Source of the DNA: the human T2T-CHM13v2.0 reference genome, Homo sapiens
Assembly (NCBI RefSeq): GCF_009914755.1
Contig: NC_060938.1
Direction: 5' to 3' (one strand)
Length of the DNA stretch: 64,000 nt
Below the pieces are notes generated by a model. The model saw only the letters and a program-made list of their open reading frames with translations. It did not search any database and was not told the DNA's origin. A program made the position numbers and the translations under genes. Positions 19,040 to 35,862 of this stretch are shown piece after piece. Each line of letters begins with the position of its first letter. Position 1 is the stretch's first letter.

Positions 19040-20620
19040 TTATGCACTGACAATGTGTTTACCACTGTACATGGCATAGGCCATGAAACATGGTCCTGCT
19101 CTCCAGTTCACAATCTAGCTGAATTTATAACCTAGATTTATGTCAATCATCTAATTGTTTTGAACATTCACTATCAGAAAACTGAACTAGATATTTTAAG
19201 TATTTCTCCATTTATGACTCTATGAGAACAAATCACCTAAAATCAATGAATTCTATGTCTAAACCATCAGTCCCAAAAATGCTGCTTGCAGTTAATAAAC
19301 TGTTATTTCCTAGGACGTGGTTAATGTTTATGAATGGAGGAAATGTGGGAAGAATCTTTACAAACAATCCAATTATATACATATTACATTCAAGAAAAAA
19401 AAAGATGAAGGACCAATATCATCTCTGGGTAGTTAGATTTATCTTCTTCATTACACTTCTTTATATGCTCTTAATTCTCAACTAAGGAACACATATCAAT
19501 GCTACAAAAAGAAAAAAAAATACACATTCTCCTCCCCAAAAAAACATTCTTTTTAAAGGTGCCAATGCAATCCATGAGGGTTACTAGTTCATCCCAAAGC
19601 TTCCCCTCATTTGACAAAAGTGGCAACAACCAAACTATGACTTTCCAAAAGCTGACATTACAGAGAACTGAGCAAAACCATCAAGAATCACCCAAAATCC
19701 AAGTGTTCCATTTATAAAAGATTCAGTCCACAATGTCGCCCAATTACAGCGTAATCCATAACAAAGACATTATCGCTGACAAGGGACATGGAATGGGATC
19801 TAGGTCACTCTTCCATAACTCTATTCGATCCTCTCAAACCAATAAAGAAAATCTGTGTTAGCAAAGTATTAACATGACAATGGAAGTATACAGGAATCAT
19901 GATGTAACTCATTTCCATCAGCTTTATCCAAGAAGGAAAAAAGTACAGAAGAAAAATATTAGGTGGGTAATTAGGCAGCCTCTCAAATGGTAACTTACAT
20001 AGGTACTCCCCTCCAAACTGGAAACCTAAGGAGTCACCACCATCAAAAGTACTGAGTCAGTGGACCACAGATACTCCAGTGATACTGACTACAACAAACT
20101 GGTACTGGATACTATGTGCCAGACTGTGATAAAAATCATTTAAGCTGTGCCTCAGTTTCACTGGTACTTCACAGGATTGTTGATAGGACTCAAAAAGATT
20201 AGGAATGGAAAGGATTTTTATCACTTACCCTTGGCTATATAGTGATTGGTAAACAAGTATGTGAATTCAAGCAAACTTCACTTGAAAGCCCACTCAAAAG
20301 AAAAGTATAGACATTACACTACCTTCATTCAAAAGTATAAACATTATACTACCCCTTCCCCAATCTCACCTAGCTGTCACAACACTACCATCTCCCCAAC
20401 TCAGACTCAAGCCAAATATCCCCTAGTCATTCTGTACTCCCAGATGCCCCTCACTGGCTTTTACTGATCAGAAACCTATACAAGAAAATATGAAGAGACC
20501 AGCCAATCGCGCCTGTAATCCCAGCACTCTGGGAGGCCAAGGCGGGTGGATCACTTGAGGTCAGGAGTTCAAGATCAACCTGGCCAACATGGTGAACCCC
20601 CGTCTCTACTAAAAATTCTA

Positions 20621-21029
<409 letters not shown>

Positions 21030-21579
21030 GAAGAGACCATCTGGAAAGAATATTGTCCTTATTAAAAGCCACTTTTTAAATCAAGATAACAGGTTTATGC
21101 CTTATTAGCTAGCACTCCCATGGGACCCACTGTTAGTGTGTGTTTCCCTGGATAGGTGCAGTCCCGCATCACTAACATTTACTCACAGCTTGCCAGGGTG
21201 CTCTCATTCTGAAATGTTTTAAATCAGTTTGTTCTAATAATAATGCTACAATTAATACTAACAACAGCTACCGTATACACTGACCATTTATTATGCGACA
21301 GGCTCTACAAACACTGTCTCATTTCAACCTCACAACTCGATGAAGTAGGCTGTCCCCCATTTTATAGATGAAAAAGCTAAGGCTCAGAAAAGTAAAGTAA
21401 TTCGGCCAGAGGTCATGCAGCTGGTAACTAAATCTGACTCCATGCAACTAAAGCCTCCAGAGGTCTTGCCTTTTAATGATTAAAATGTGATCTCTTCTTG
21501 GACATCGTTTTTTGAGAGCTGGCTTCCAACAACAGATCTGCTCCACTACACATGAATCCCACTATACCCGTGTGCTTAC

Positions 21580-22062
21580 CTGAATTTCTTCATTTTCGTC
21601 TACTAGGAGGAAACTCACAACCTTCTCAGTCATCTTCTTCCTCTTGGTCTCCTCATCCATCTCTTCTGCCTCCAGTGACTCCTGGAGATTACTGACATTG
21701 TACACAGTAACAGGGTGTCTCCTTTTGTTACCCCCAGAATGAGTCCTCTTCTGGCACTCCAGGCACAAGTTAATTTTGCAGGTCTGGCACCTCACTATTG
21801 CCCTCTGCCTAACACCTGGTAAATGCCCACTGAGACCCTTGCAGAGGTCACAGTAAGGGACATGGCCAGGTTTGAGTCTTATCCGCTCATGGTTTCTCAG
21901 GCGCTCCTGCCGATGGAGCTCCTCCTCGCAGCGGAGACACTGCAGACTGCAGCACTCATCACACTCAAAGATAGCTTCATCAGTCCCGCTGCAAGCGTAA
22001 CTTTCCTGGCACATCAGCCCCGGATTCAGGCCCTTCTCTGCTGGGGAAGTCTGGGCACTCAT
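21580..22062 (-). CDS. ZFYVE1: ZFYVE1/DFCP1 first coding segment (residues 1-161, MSAQTSPAEKGLNPG...LLVDENEEIQ), with two B-box-like Cys/His Zn motifs
   Basis: ATG at 22062 (context gtgagtATGA) lies inside track ORF 21562..22164. The translation matches the recognised DFCP1 N-terminus. Motifs: CDECCSLQCLRCEEELHRQERLRNH and CQTCKINLCLECQKRTHSGGNKRRH. Ends at a canonical phase-0 donor CAG|GTAAGC (21580/21579); 483 nt = 161 codons. Confidence 0.96.
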
Positions 22063-22496
22063 ACTCACGCTGGTAAGGAAACACACCCACCATATAATAG
22101 TCACTGAGCTTGCCCCGGGGGTGAAGACGAAGATTTGAGTCTGAAGACTGCACGAAACTTCCACAGGGTTCTGAACACTTTAAAAAAGAACACCTTTCAT
22201 GTCCTGTTATAGTTCTTCACAAACAAATGTTCAAATTTTTAATTTGCTGCCTCTAAGACTCTTGTATTAGCAGCAACGTTGATTTGGTTTGATGGTTTCA
22301 TCCTCCATAAAGTGCAAGCAAAGATGTGGTCAAAATTGACTTGGAAGGGTCTTTTATGGCTATCTGAGAGAGGTCTGATGGGTTCACGGTGGTGGGTTCA
22401 TCGGTTGGACATCAGCTACAAAGTTTTGGTAATGAAAGAAAGTGGTCAGGAGCTTTTCAATATAATTCGACCTGAAGTCAGTATTTCAGGGGATAC
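21580..22496 (-). other. ZFYVE1: ZFYVE1 exon 2 (917 nt: 434 nt 5'UTR + 483 nt CDS)
   Basis: Acceptor on the minus strand: polypyrimidine tract tccttttccttcctctattcTAG|gtatcc, AG at 22498-22497. Donor at 21580. The exon is repeat-free. A second possible acceptor (ctgtttttTAG|atg, exon start 22529) lies 33 nt upstream. Confidence 0.85.
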
Positions 22497-22641
22497 CTAG
22501 AATAGAGGAAGGAAAAGGATTTCACTCATCTAAAAAACAGAAGTGCACCTTTAAAAAAATTTTTTTTGACTAAATTAAATATTAGCCCAGAACTGCTGAG
22601 AGAAATCTCATTCCTCTTTTTTTTCTTTTTTTTTTTTTTGA

Positions 22642-23245
<604 letters not shown>

Positions 23246-24479
23246 TCAAAAAAAAAAAAAAAAAAAAAAATCTCAAAATTGTGGCTAAAGCTCCTCCTCT
23301 TGACAACAAACGCCACCTCTAGGCCCAAGGCATTTAAGAGACTTTGCTGCTCTATTTCCCAGACTGGAATTTTCTGTTCATTCAGATATTAAATTCAGAA
23401 TCTAAATCACTAAGTGAGTAGTCCTTGGAAGGACAGCCCTCTGCACCCCCACATGCATCCCACAATTGGGAGGAGTGGAGAGGCCTTCACAAAGCTAATG
23501 AAAATGTAATAATAAACTTTAGATCTATCAAATACCTGGGCCGACCTGGTTAGCCTTGTAACTGGATTGTTTCAACTCTAGCTAGATGTATATTAAAGAC
23601 TCAAAACTTAGAAACAATAGTAACAATTTCATCTTTAAAAACAATTTTTTTACACTGTAATTCTTCTGTCCCTTCTTTCACTAACTGAAAAAAAAAAAAA
23701 AAAGGAGCAACAGGAGACAATTCCTCTACTTTGACCCATGGCAAAGCCAGGCCTGCAGTGAATCAAAACAAATAATTTTTCTCTTTGTCACTTAAAAACT
23801 AACTTAAAAATAACTTCAAAATACGAAAAAAGATAACTGGGGCAAGAAAGGGGCTTTTGTCACTTTGACAATTATATTCCTAATTCCCCCTAGCCTTGAC
23901 CCGCATTCCAAGGCCCCGACAAGGTGTAAAGCCCTGCCTTTCTGATAGTCACTCCTCCCCTACAGTAATCAATCTATCAACCTTATTTTCAGATAAACAA
24001 GGAAGGCGAAGGGAGTGACTAGGGGATCTTATTTACTACAATCTAACCTCAGACATGCCCAGCCAGCTCCCAAAACAGAAACAAAAATCAAACTTGTCAC
24101 AATTGAGAAAAATATAAAATCAACCTTCAAAAGTACACCTCACGCCCGGCCATGTCAACCAAACATTTTGCCCACTCGGGCCCCCACCTCGACACCTCTC
24201 CCCAGCCGGGGGTTCCTCACCCTTCCTTCCACCCGGACACCACCGCCACAACCCGAGGGGCAGGAGCGGAGCCTAAGAACAAAGAAGGTCCCCCAAAATC
24301 CCCCCCACGCCGGCAAAACCCGGAGCCGAATCCATTGTTTATACCACCCCACCCCCACCCCCGCCGCACCCGCCCCCCCTTCCTCCCGAGGGCAGCCTGA
24401 GCCCCAGGACGATCACTCGCCCCGCGCTGGGCCGTGCCCTCCCCGCCCTGCCCTGCCCGCCGCGGCCCGGGGATCCCAC

Positions 24480-24660
24480 CACTGAGAAGCTCGGCCGCAG
24501 CAAGGCGGCGTCGGGGGGCCGCAGGGCGCCAGTGGGGGCAGAGGCTATTCCTCAGGACACCGGCAGATCCATCCTCATCTCCATCTCCGCCACCCTCCTC
24601 CTTCGTTGCCTCCCGGGCTTCCTCCTCTCCTGTTGTCAGTTGGGATCAGCTGATCGGAGT
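24480..24660 (-). other. ZFYVE1: ZFYVE1 non-coding exon 1 (TSS position approximate)
   Basis: Lies in the CpG island just downstream of ZNF143-type motifs. Best donor on the minus strand is CAGTG|GTGGGA at 24480/24479, followed by G-run-rich intron start. The TSS cannot be fixed from sequence alone. Confidence 0.65.
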
Positions 24661-24759
24661 GAACTTCTCCCAGCTCGGACTAACAGGAAGGCGTGAGCGG
24701 TGCAGCCCAGAAAGGGAGGAGCGAGAGAGGGAGGATCCCGGCGCCAGCAAGGGCGTAGT

Positions 24760-24850
24760 GCGCACTGCCTCCTGGGAGATGTAGCTCCTCGAGGCGCGCT
24801 CTCGCCCCTCATCCCGGAAAGGAAGACTCTGAATGACTACAACTCCCAGT
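24760..24850. promoter_or_regulatory. Pair of divergently oriented ACTACAnnTCCCA motifs (ZNF143/THAP11-HCFC1 type)
   Basis: Plus strand: ACTACAACTCCCAG at 24836-24849. Minus strand: GCTACATCTCCCAGGAGGCAGTGCG reading down from 24785. Confidence 0.8.
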
Positions 24851-25208
24851 ACTGAAGAGGCTGCTCTTGCGAGGAGGCGGTGGGGACAGGCTACGGAGGA
24901 TTTCGGGACTTGGAGTTTTTGCATTGAGTGTGGTGTCCGCAGGTTTCAGCACGTTCTTTTGGGTTGTAACTGGGGAAGGCATGGTGCTACATTAGAGAAC
25001 TGATGTAATAATGTCTAGTATAAGTGGGAAATGGTGAGTCAATTAATTTGGATTCAAGTAACCTCTTGCACACCATTCCCTCAGAAACGTGTGAGCACAG
25101 ACAGTCTCCACCTTCCCAATTTCACTTCGCAAAAACTAAGGAAAAGACCAGAAAAAGTGATAAGAGGATATAGGTACTCTTGGGAAGTTTTTGTTGTTTT
25201 TCCCCCCT

Positions 25209-25845
25209 TGGCAAAGGACAAAATTACAACGAATTTAGTTTTAAGATCTCAGTTGGCTTTATTGCGACTCTAGGATCAGGCAACACTTCATTCCAGAAAG
25301 TGGAGTGAATGTTCTGATGAGCTGAGCAGGAGAGGTTGGCTTTGTAGACAGAGAAAAGCTTGAGGAAGCAAAAGCAAAGAACAAAGAGCATATTGGTTTC
25401 TTTCTTTCTCTTTCTTGTCATTCTTTTCTTTCCTCTTTCTTCTCTTTTTTTCAGTCTTCTCATGGGACCTTGACATATTGGTCACTTCTAAGCTACTTTC
25501 CTTGGAAGGTGAGGACAGAGAGACAGAACAATAGAAAAATAACTGATTAGTTGACATCAGTTACTTCAGGCTACTTCTTTTGTGTAAGGATTACAACAGA
25601 GGGAGCTTCATTATCATGCAACATTAAAACAAGCCTGTTTGGGAAACTGGCTGTCCTTATCCCTCTTTCCTGATTTCTCTGAAGGTCAGATAACAACTTA
25701 GCTTGGGTTTGGTAACAACTTAGTTTGGATTTGGTGAGGTGAAACTTTAGCATGGGTGACTCCATTTTTATTTTAGCCAGGTCTATTGGGGCCTGGTGCA
25801 GGAGTTTAGTCCAAAACAAAGGCCTCCTATCATTTTTACTTAACA
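25209..25845 (-). mobile_element. Complete ERV1 (MER4-group, MER31/MER39/MER67-like) solo LTR
   Basis: TG...CA termini with 4-bp TSD CCCT (25205-25208 and 25846-25849). Minus-strand 5' end tgttaagtaaaaatgataggaggcc...aatggagtcac. AATAAA on the minus strand at 25258-25263. Subfamily assignment uncertain. Confidence 0.82.
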
Positions 25846-25926
25846 CCCTTCAAGGGTATTCTCCAAGCCAACCATGAATTTTTTTTCCTACCTATTATTT
25901 TTCTGATCTTTCCTTCTATAGTTTCA

Positions 25927-26217
<291 letters not shown>

Positions 26218-26362
26218 TCAAAAAAAAAAAAAAAAAAAAGCTATTATACTTTCAGAACTTCTCAATTTGAAATTATCTTTGAGGGCCAGGCACGGTGGCT
26301 CATGCCTGTAATCCCAGCACTTTGGGAGGCCAAGGAGAGCGGATCATGAGCTCAGGAGTTCA

Positions 26363-26620
<258 letters not shown>

Positions 26621-26791
26621 TCAGATAAGTTTTCAGGCTACAGTGCAGGCTAATGGTTAACATTTATCAGGCTTTTTTTTCTTTTTTTATGGCCTTATAT
26701 TTGTTTAGTGCTTTCACTTTTTGTTTGTTTCTTGAAACAACATTGAAAGAAAGCCTGAGTCTGTGTTGCCAAAGATTGACTGCTTGCTCTA

Positions 26792-27124
<333 letters not shown>

Positions 27125-27175
27125 CTAACACTTTGGGAGGCTGAGGCGGGTGGATTGCCTGAGCTCAGGAGTTCA

Positions 27176-27427
<252 letters not shown>

Positions 27428-28245
27428 CTATACAGGTGGTTGGGTAAGTCACTCAACCTCTCCACAAAATAGAAATTGTAATTAATGAAGTCCCTGCCAA
27501 TTCCAACATACTATGATTCTATCTTGATAATTGTTAACCCAGAAGAGAAAACTAAGATTAAGTGACTTGCCAGGGTTACACAACAAATTATTGACAAATC
27601 TGGGACAAGACTGTATCTGCTGACTTGAAGTCCAATACTTTTTACCTTATGATTCCAGGGACATAAGTAAACCACTAGCAAAATCAAATCTACATAATAA
27701 TGACCCATATATGAGGATTAAATTGCTGAAAATTATATTTTCAATATTGGGCAGAGAGCCAATGGTTGGATTATGAAACATGGCTGAGAAATTGTTTTCT
27801 AAAAACAACTTCTAGGGCCGGGCGCAGTGGCTCATGCCCGTAATCCCAGCACTTTGGGAGGCCGAGGCAGGGGGATCACGAGGTCAAGAGTTCAAGACCA
27901 GCCTGGCCAAGATGGCAAAACCCTGGCTCTACTAAAAATACAAAAATTAGCCGGGCCTGGTGGCGGGCGCCTGTAATCCCAGCTACTCAGGAGGCTGAGA
28001 CAGGGAATTGCTTGAACCCAGAAGGCAGAGGTTGCAGTGAGCCAAGATCGCACCACTGCCCTACAGCCTGGGTGACAGAGTGAGACTCCGTCTCAAAAAA
28101 AAAGAATAAACATTAAAAAATTTCTGGGCCGGGCACAGTGGCTCACGCCTGTAATCCCAGAACTTTGGGAGGCCGAGGCGGGCAGATCACAACGTCAGGA
28201 GTTTGAAACCAGCCTGGCCAATATGGTGAAACCCCATCTCTACTA

Positions 28246-29118
<873 letters not shown>

Positions 29119-29368
29119 TGACCATAGGGACGTGGTGTTTGTATAGATAGAACCTTTGGGTCTGGTGTGGTGGCAGGTGCCTATAACCCCAACTACTGGA
29201 GAGGCTGATGTGGGAGGATCACTGGAGCCCAGGGGTTCAAGACCAACCTGGGCAAGATAGACCCCTATCTAAAAAAATAAAAATAAAAATAAAAACCTCA
29301 CTTGCAGCCAGGTGCAGTGGCTCACGCCTGTAATCTCAACACTTTGGGAGGCCAAGGCAGGTGGATCA

Positions 29369-29587
<219 letters not shown>

Positions 29588-29599
29588 TCAAAAAAAAAA

Positions 29600-29655
<56 letters not shown>

Positions 29656-29788
29656 ATATATATATATGTGTGTATATATATATATGTGTGTATATATATA
29701 TGTATATGTGTATATGTGTATATATGTATATATGTGTATATATGTGTGTGTATATATGTGTATATGTGTATATATATATGTATATGTT

Positions 29789-29831
<43 letters not shown>
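29600..29831. repeat. Compound (TA)n/(TG)n/(CA)n alternating purine-pyrimidine microsatellite
   Basis: About 230 nt of nearly uninterrupted RY alternation. Confidence 0.95.
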
Positions 29832-29859
29832 CTCCTGGGAACAAAATGGTGTTTAATAA

Positions 29860-30019
<160 letters not shown>

Positions 30020-30119
30020 TAGAGGCGAGTGCCACCACACCCAGCTAATTTTTGTATTTTTTGTAGAGACGGGGTTTCACCATGTTCGCCAAGATGGTCT
30101 CGATCTCTTGACCTCATGA

Positions 30120-30512
<393 letters not shown>

Positions 30513-31146
30513 TGAAATTAGCAGATCTGTTTCTCATGTCAGTTTTCTTTACTCATTCTCATTCTTTGCACACTAAGTTATTTTTTACCATGAGCCACAT
30601 TTTCCTTGGAAAATATTTGTGGGAATTCTTGGAGGCCTAGGATAAAGGTTTATTCCTCCAGAGAGGATTTGCTTTTGCTTCTGCAAAGAAGGACACTTGA
30701 AACAATTCACCATTTGAGGTTTGTATTTTTGACCACCAGGAGATGTATATTTGGGCTACATATCCCTGGGAGGGCTAGCTTATGGGTCTAGTGCCACCCA
30801 CACACACCTCCACAAACTCTCTCTTCCAAGACATCTTTCTTTTCACTCTGTTGGGGAAAGATATAATTACTTCCCATTTTCCCTCACTGAAACTGTAGAC
30901 TGAGTTCCTAGATTTAGATTTCCCTCTTCCCCCAGGTCCTGGGCTTTGTCTTCTGTCCCACTTGCCTCAGGATGTCTAGAAAAATCAAGCTTTGGTCAGG
31001 GGCAGTGGCTCATGCCTGTAATCCCACCACTTTGGGAGGCCAAGGCAGGTGGAGCAATTGAGGCCAGGAGTTCGAGACCAGCTGGGCCAACATAGTGAAA
31101 CCCTGTTTCTACTAAAAATACAAAAATTAGCCAAGCTTTGTGGCTA

Positions 31147-33044
<1,898 letters not shown>

Positions 33045-33284
33045 GTTTACAGTCGTGGTGGCTCACACCTGTAATCCCAGCAATTTGGGAGCTGAGATGG
33101 TAGGATCGCTTGAAGCCGGGAGCAATCCTATATGTTGCTAAAATAACTTTCCTTTTTCTAGACTTAAATGGCTGACCGACTCTATTTCTGGTTGATTTGT
33201 TTCTCTTTCAATATGATAATATAGGCCGCAAGGTGGCTCACGCCTATAATCCTAGCACTTTGGAAAGGTGAGGCAGGAGGATCA

Positions 33285-33856
<572 letters not shown>

Positions 33857-35666
33857 TTACATTTAAGTCCTGCTGAACTATGAGCAACATCTTTCTTCCA
33901 TTAATTAAGACAAATTACAAATCAAACTGCCTTAATCAATAAAAGAAATGTATTGGCTTACATAACTGAACAATCTGAGATATGACAGTTTTAGCCAAAG
34001 CTGAATCTGGAACTCAAATGATACACTCAACACTTTGCTTCCTTCTCCATTTCTCAGCTTGGAGAAAGGCACCTAATTTTTTTTTTTTTTTTTTTTTAAG
34101 ACAGAGTCTCACGCTATTGCCCAGGCTGGAGTGCAGTGGCGCAGTCTTGGCCTGTAATCCTAGCACTTTGGGAGGCCGAGGCAGGTGGATCACCTGAGGT
34201 CAGGAGTTCGAGACCAGCCTGGCCAACATGGTGAAACCCCATCTCTACTAAAGATGCAAAAAATTAGCCAGGCATGGTGGCAGGTGCCTGTAATCCTAGC
34301 TACTCAGGAAGCTGAGGCAGGAGAATCGCTTTAACCCAGGAGGCAGAGGTTGAAGTCAGCTGAGATCATGCCATTGCACTCCAGCCTGGGCAACTAGAGC
34401 GAAACTTCATCTCAAAAAAAAAGGAGCCAGGCCTAGTGGCTCACACCTGTAAGCGCAGCAATGTAGGAGATCTAGGCAGGAGGATTGCATGAGCCCAGGA
34501 GTTCAAGATCGGCCTGGGCAAAAGTGTGAGACCCCATCTCTACAAAAAATTTAAAAATTAACTGGGTGCAGGCCAGGCGCAGTGGCTCACATCTGTAATC
34601 CCAGCACTTTGGGAGCCCAAGGTAGACAGATCACTTGAAGCCAGGAGTTCAAGACCAGCCTGGCCAACATGGTAAAATCCTGCCTTTACTAAAACTACAA
34701 AAATTAGCCGGGCATGGTGGTGCATTCCTGTAATCAATCTCAGCTACTCAGGAGGCTGACGTACGAGAATCACTTTAGCCCAGAAGGCGGTGCTTGCAAT
34801 GAGCCAAGATTGAGTCACTGCACTCCAGCCAGGGCAACAGAGGAAAACACTAAAAAAAAAATAAAATGCCAGGTGCAATGGCTCACACCTGTAATCCCAG
34901 CACTTTGGGAGGCTGAAGCAGATGGATCACTTGAGGTCAGGAGTTGAAGACCAGCCTGTCCAACATGGTGAAACCCCCATCTCCACTAACAATACAAAAA
35001 TTAGCCAGGCATGGTGGTGCATGCCTGTAATCCCAGCTACTCGAGAGGCTGAGGCAGGAGAATCTCGTGAACCTGAGAGGCAGAGGTTTCAGTGAGCCAA
35101 AATTGCACCTTTGCACTCCAGCCTGGGCAACAAGAGCAAAACTCCATCTCAATAAAAAGGAAAAAAAAGTGTCTTCTGAGAATTTGTGAACATAGTTTTA
35201 CTCTCATTTTTTAGGGTCTGAGTGTTGAATTCTAGTGACCCCAAGGTGGTACTGCACTTTGGCACACAGCAAATATAAATTGCAAACCTTCTTTGGAAGA
35301 AACCTCCTCAACTCAAACTTCTAAGTTTGTCACAAATAAACTTAAGCTAAGCATGAACTCACAAAAACAAGTCTCCATGAATAAGAATCAATAATAAATA
35401 ATATATTTTTACCGCTGAGATTCTCAGCTATTGTAATAATCAAATATGTAAATGAAGGCAAAATGAAGACATTTCAAACAAACCAAATCATAGGAAATTA
35501 ATCATAAGCAGACCTGCACTATAAGGAAATGATAAAGAATGTTATTTAGGCCGGGCGTGGTGGCTCACGCCTGTAATCCCAGCACTTTGGGAGGCCGAGG
35601 TGGGTGGATCACCTGAGGTCAGGTGTTTGAGACCAGCCTGGCCAACATGGTGAAACCCCTTCTCTA

Positions 35667-35828
<162 letters not shown>

Positions 35829-35830
35829 TC

Positions 35831-35862
<32 letters not shown>

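Larger units (their letters stand above)
24130..24940. promoter_or_regulatory. ZFYVE1: CpG island promoter of ZFYVE1
   Basis: High GC and CpG density with no Alus. GC boxes; ETS-like CCGGAA at about 24814; palindromes AGTGCGCACT (24757-24766) and GATCAGCTGATC (24644-24655). Confidence 0.9.

Noticed and set aside
19200-19980. Repeat-poor A-rich stretch considered as a processed pseudogene
   Set aside because: No recognisable protein homology, polyA tail or TSD. The short ORFs are uninformative.
22063-22164. 34-aa hydrophobic in-frame N-terminal extension of ZFYVE1 from GTG 22164
   Set aside because: Near-cognate start in weak context (C at -3), and the frame is closed by TAA at 22182-22180. 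The recognised protein starts at ATG 22062. It cannot be fully excluded without Ribo-seq.
22490-22500. AG|GT at the exon-2 acceptor as a recursive splice site
   Set aside because: The regenerated donor (GTATCC) is far from consensus and intron 1 is only about 2 kb.
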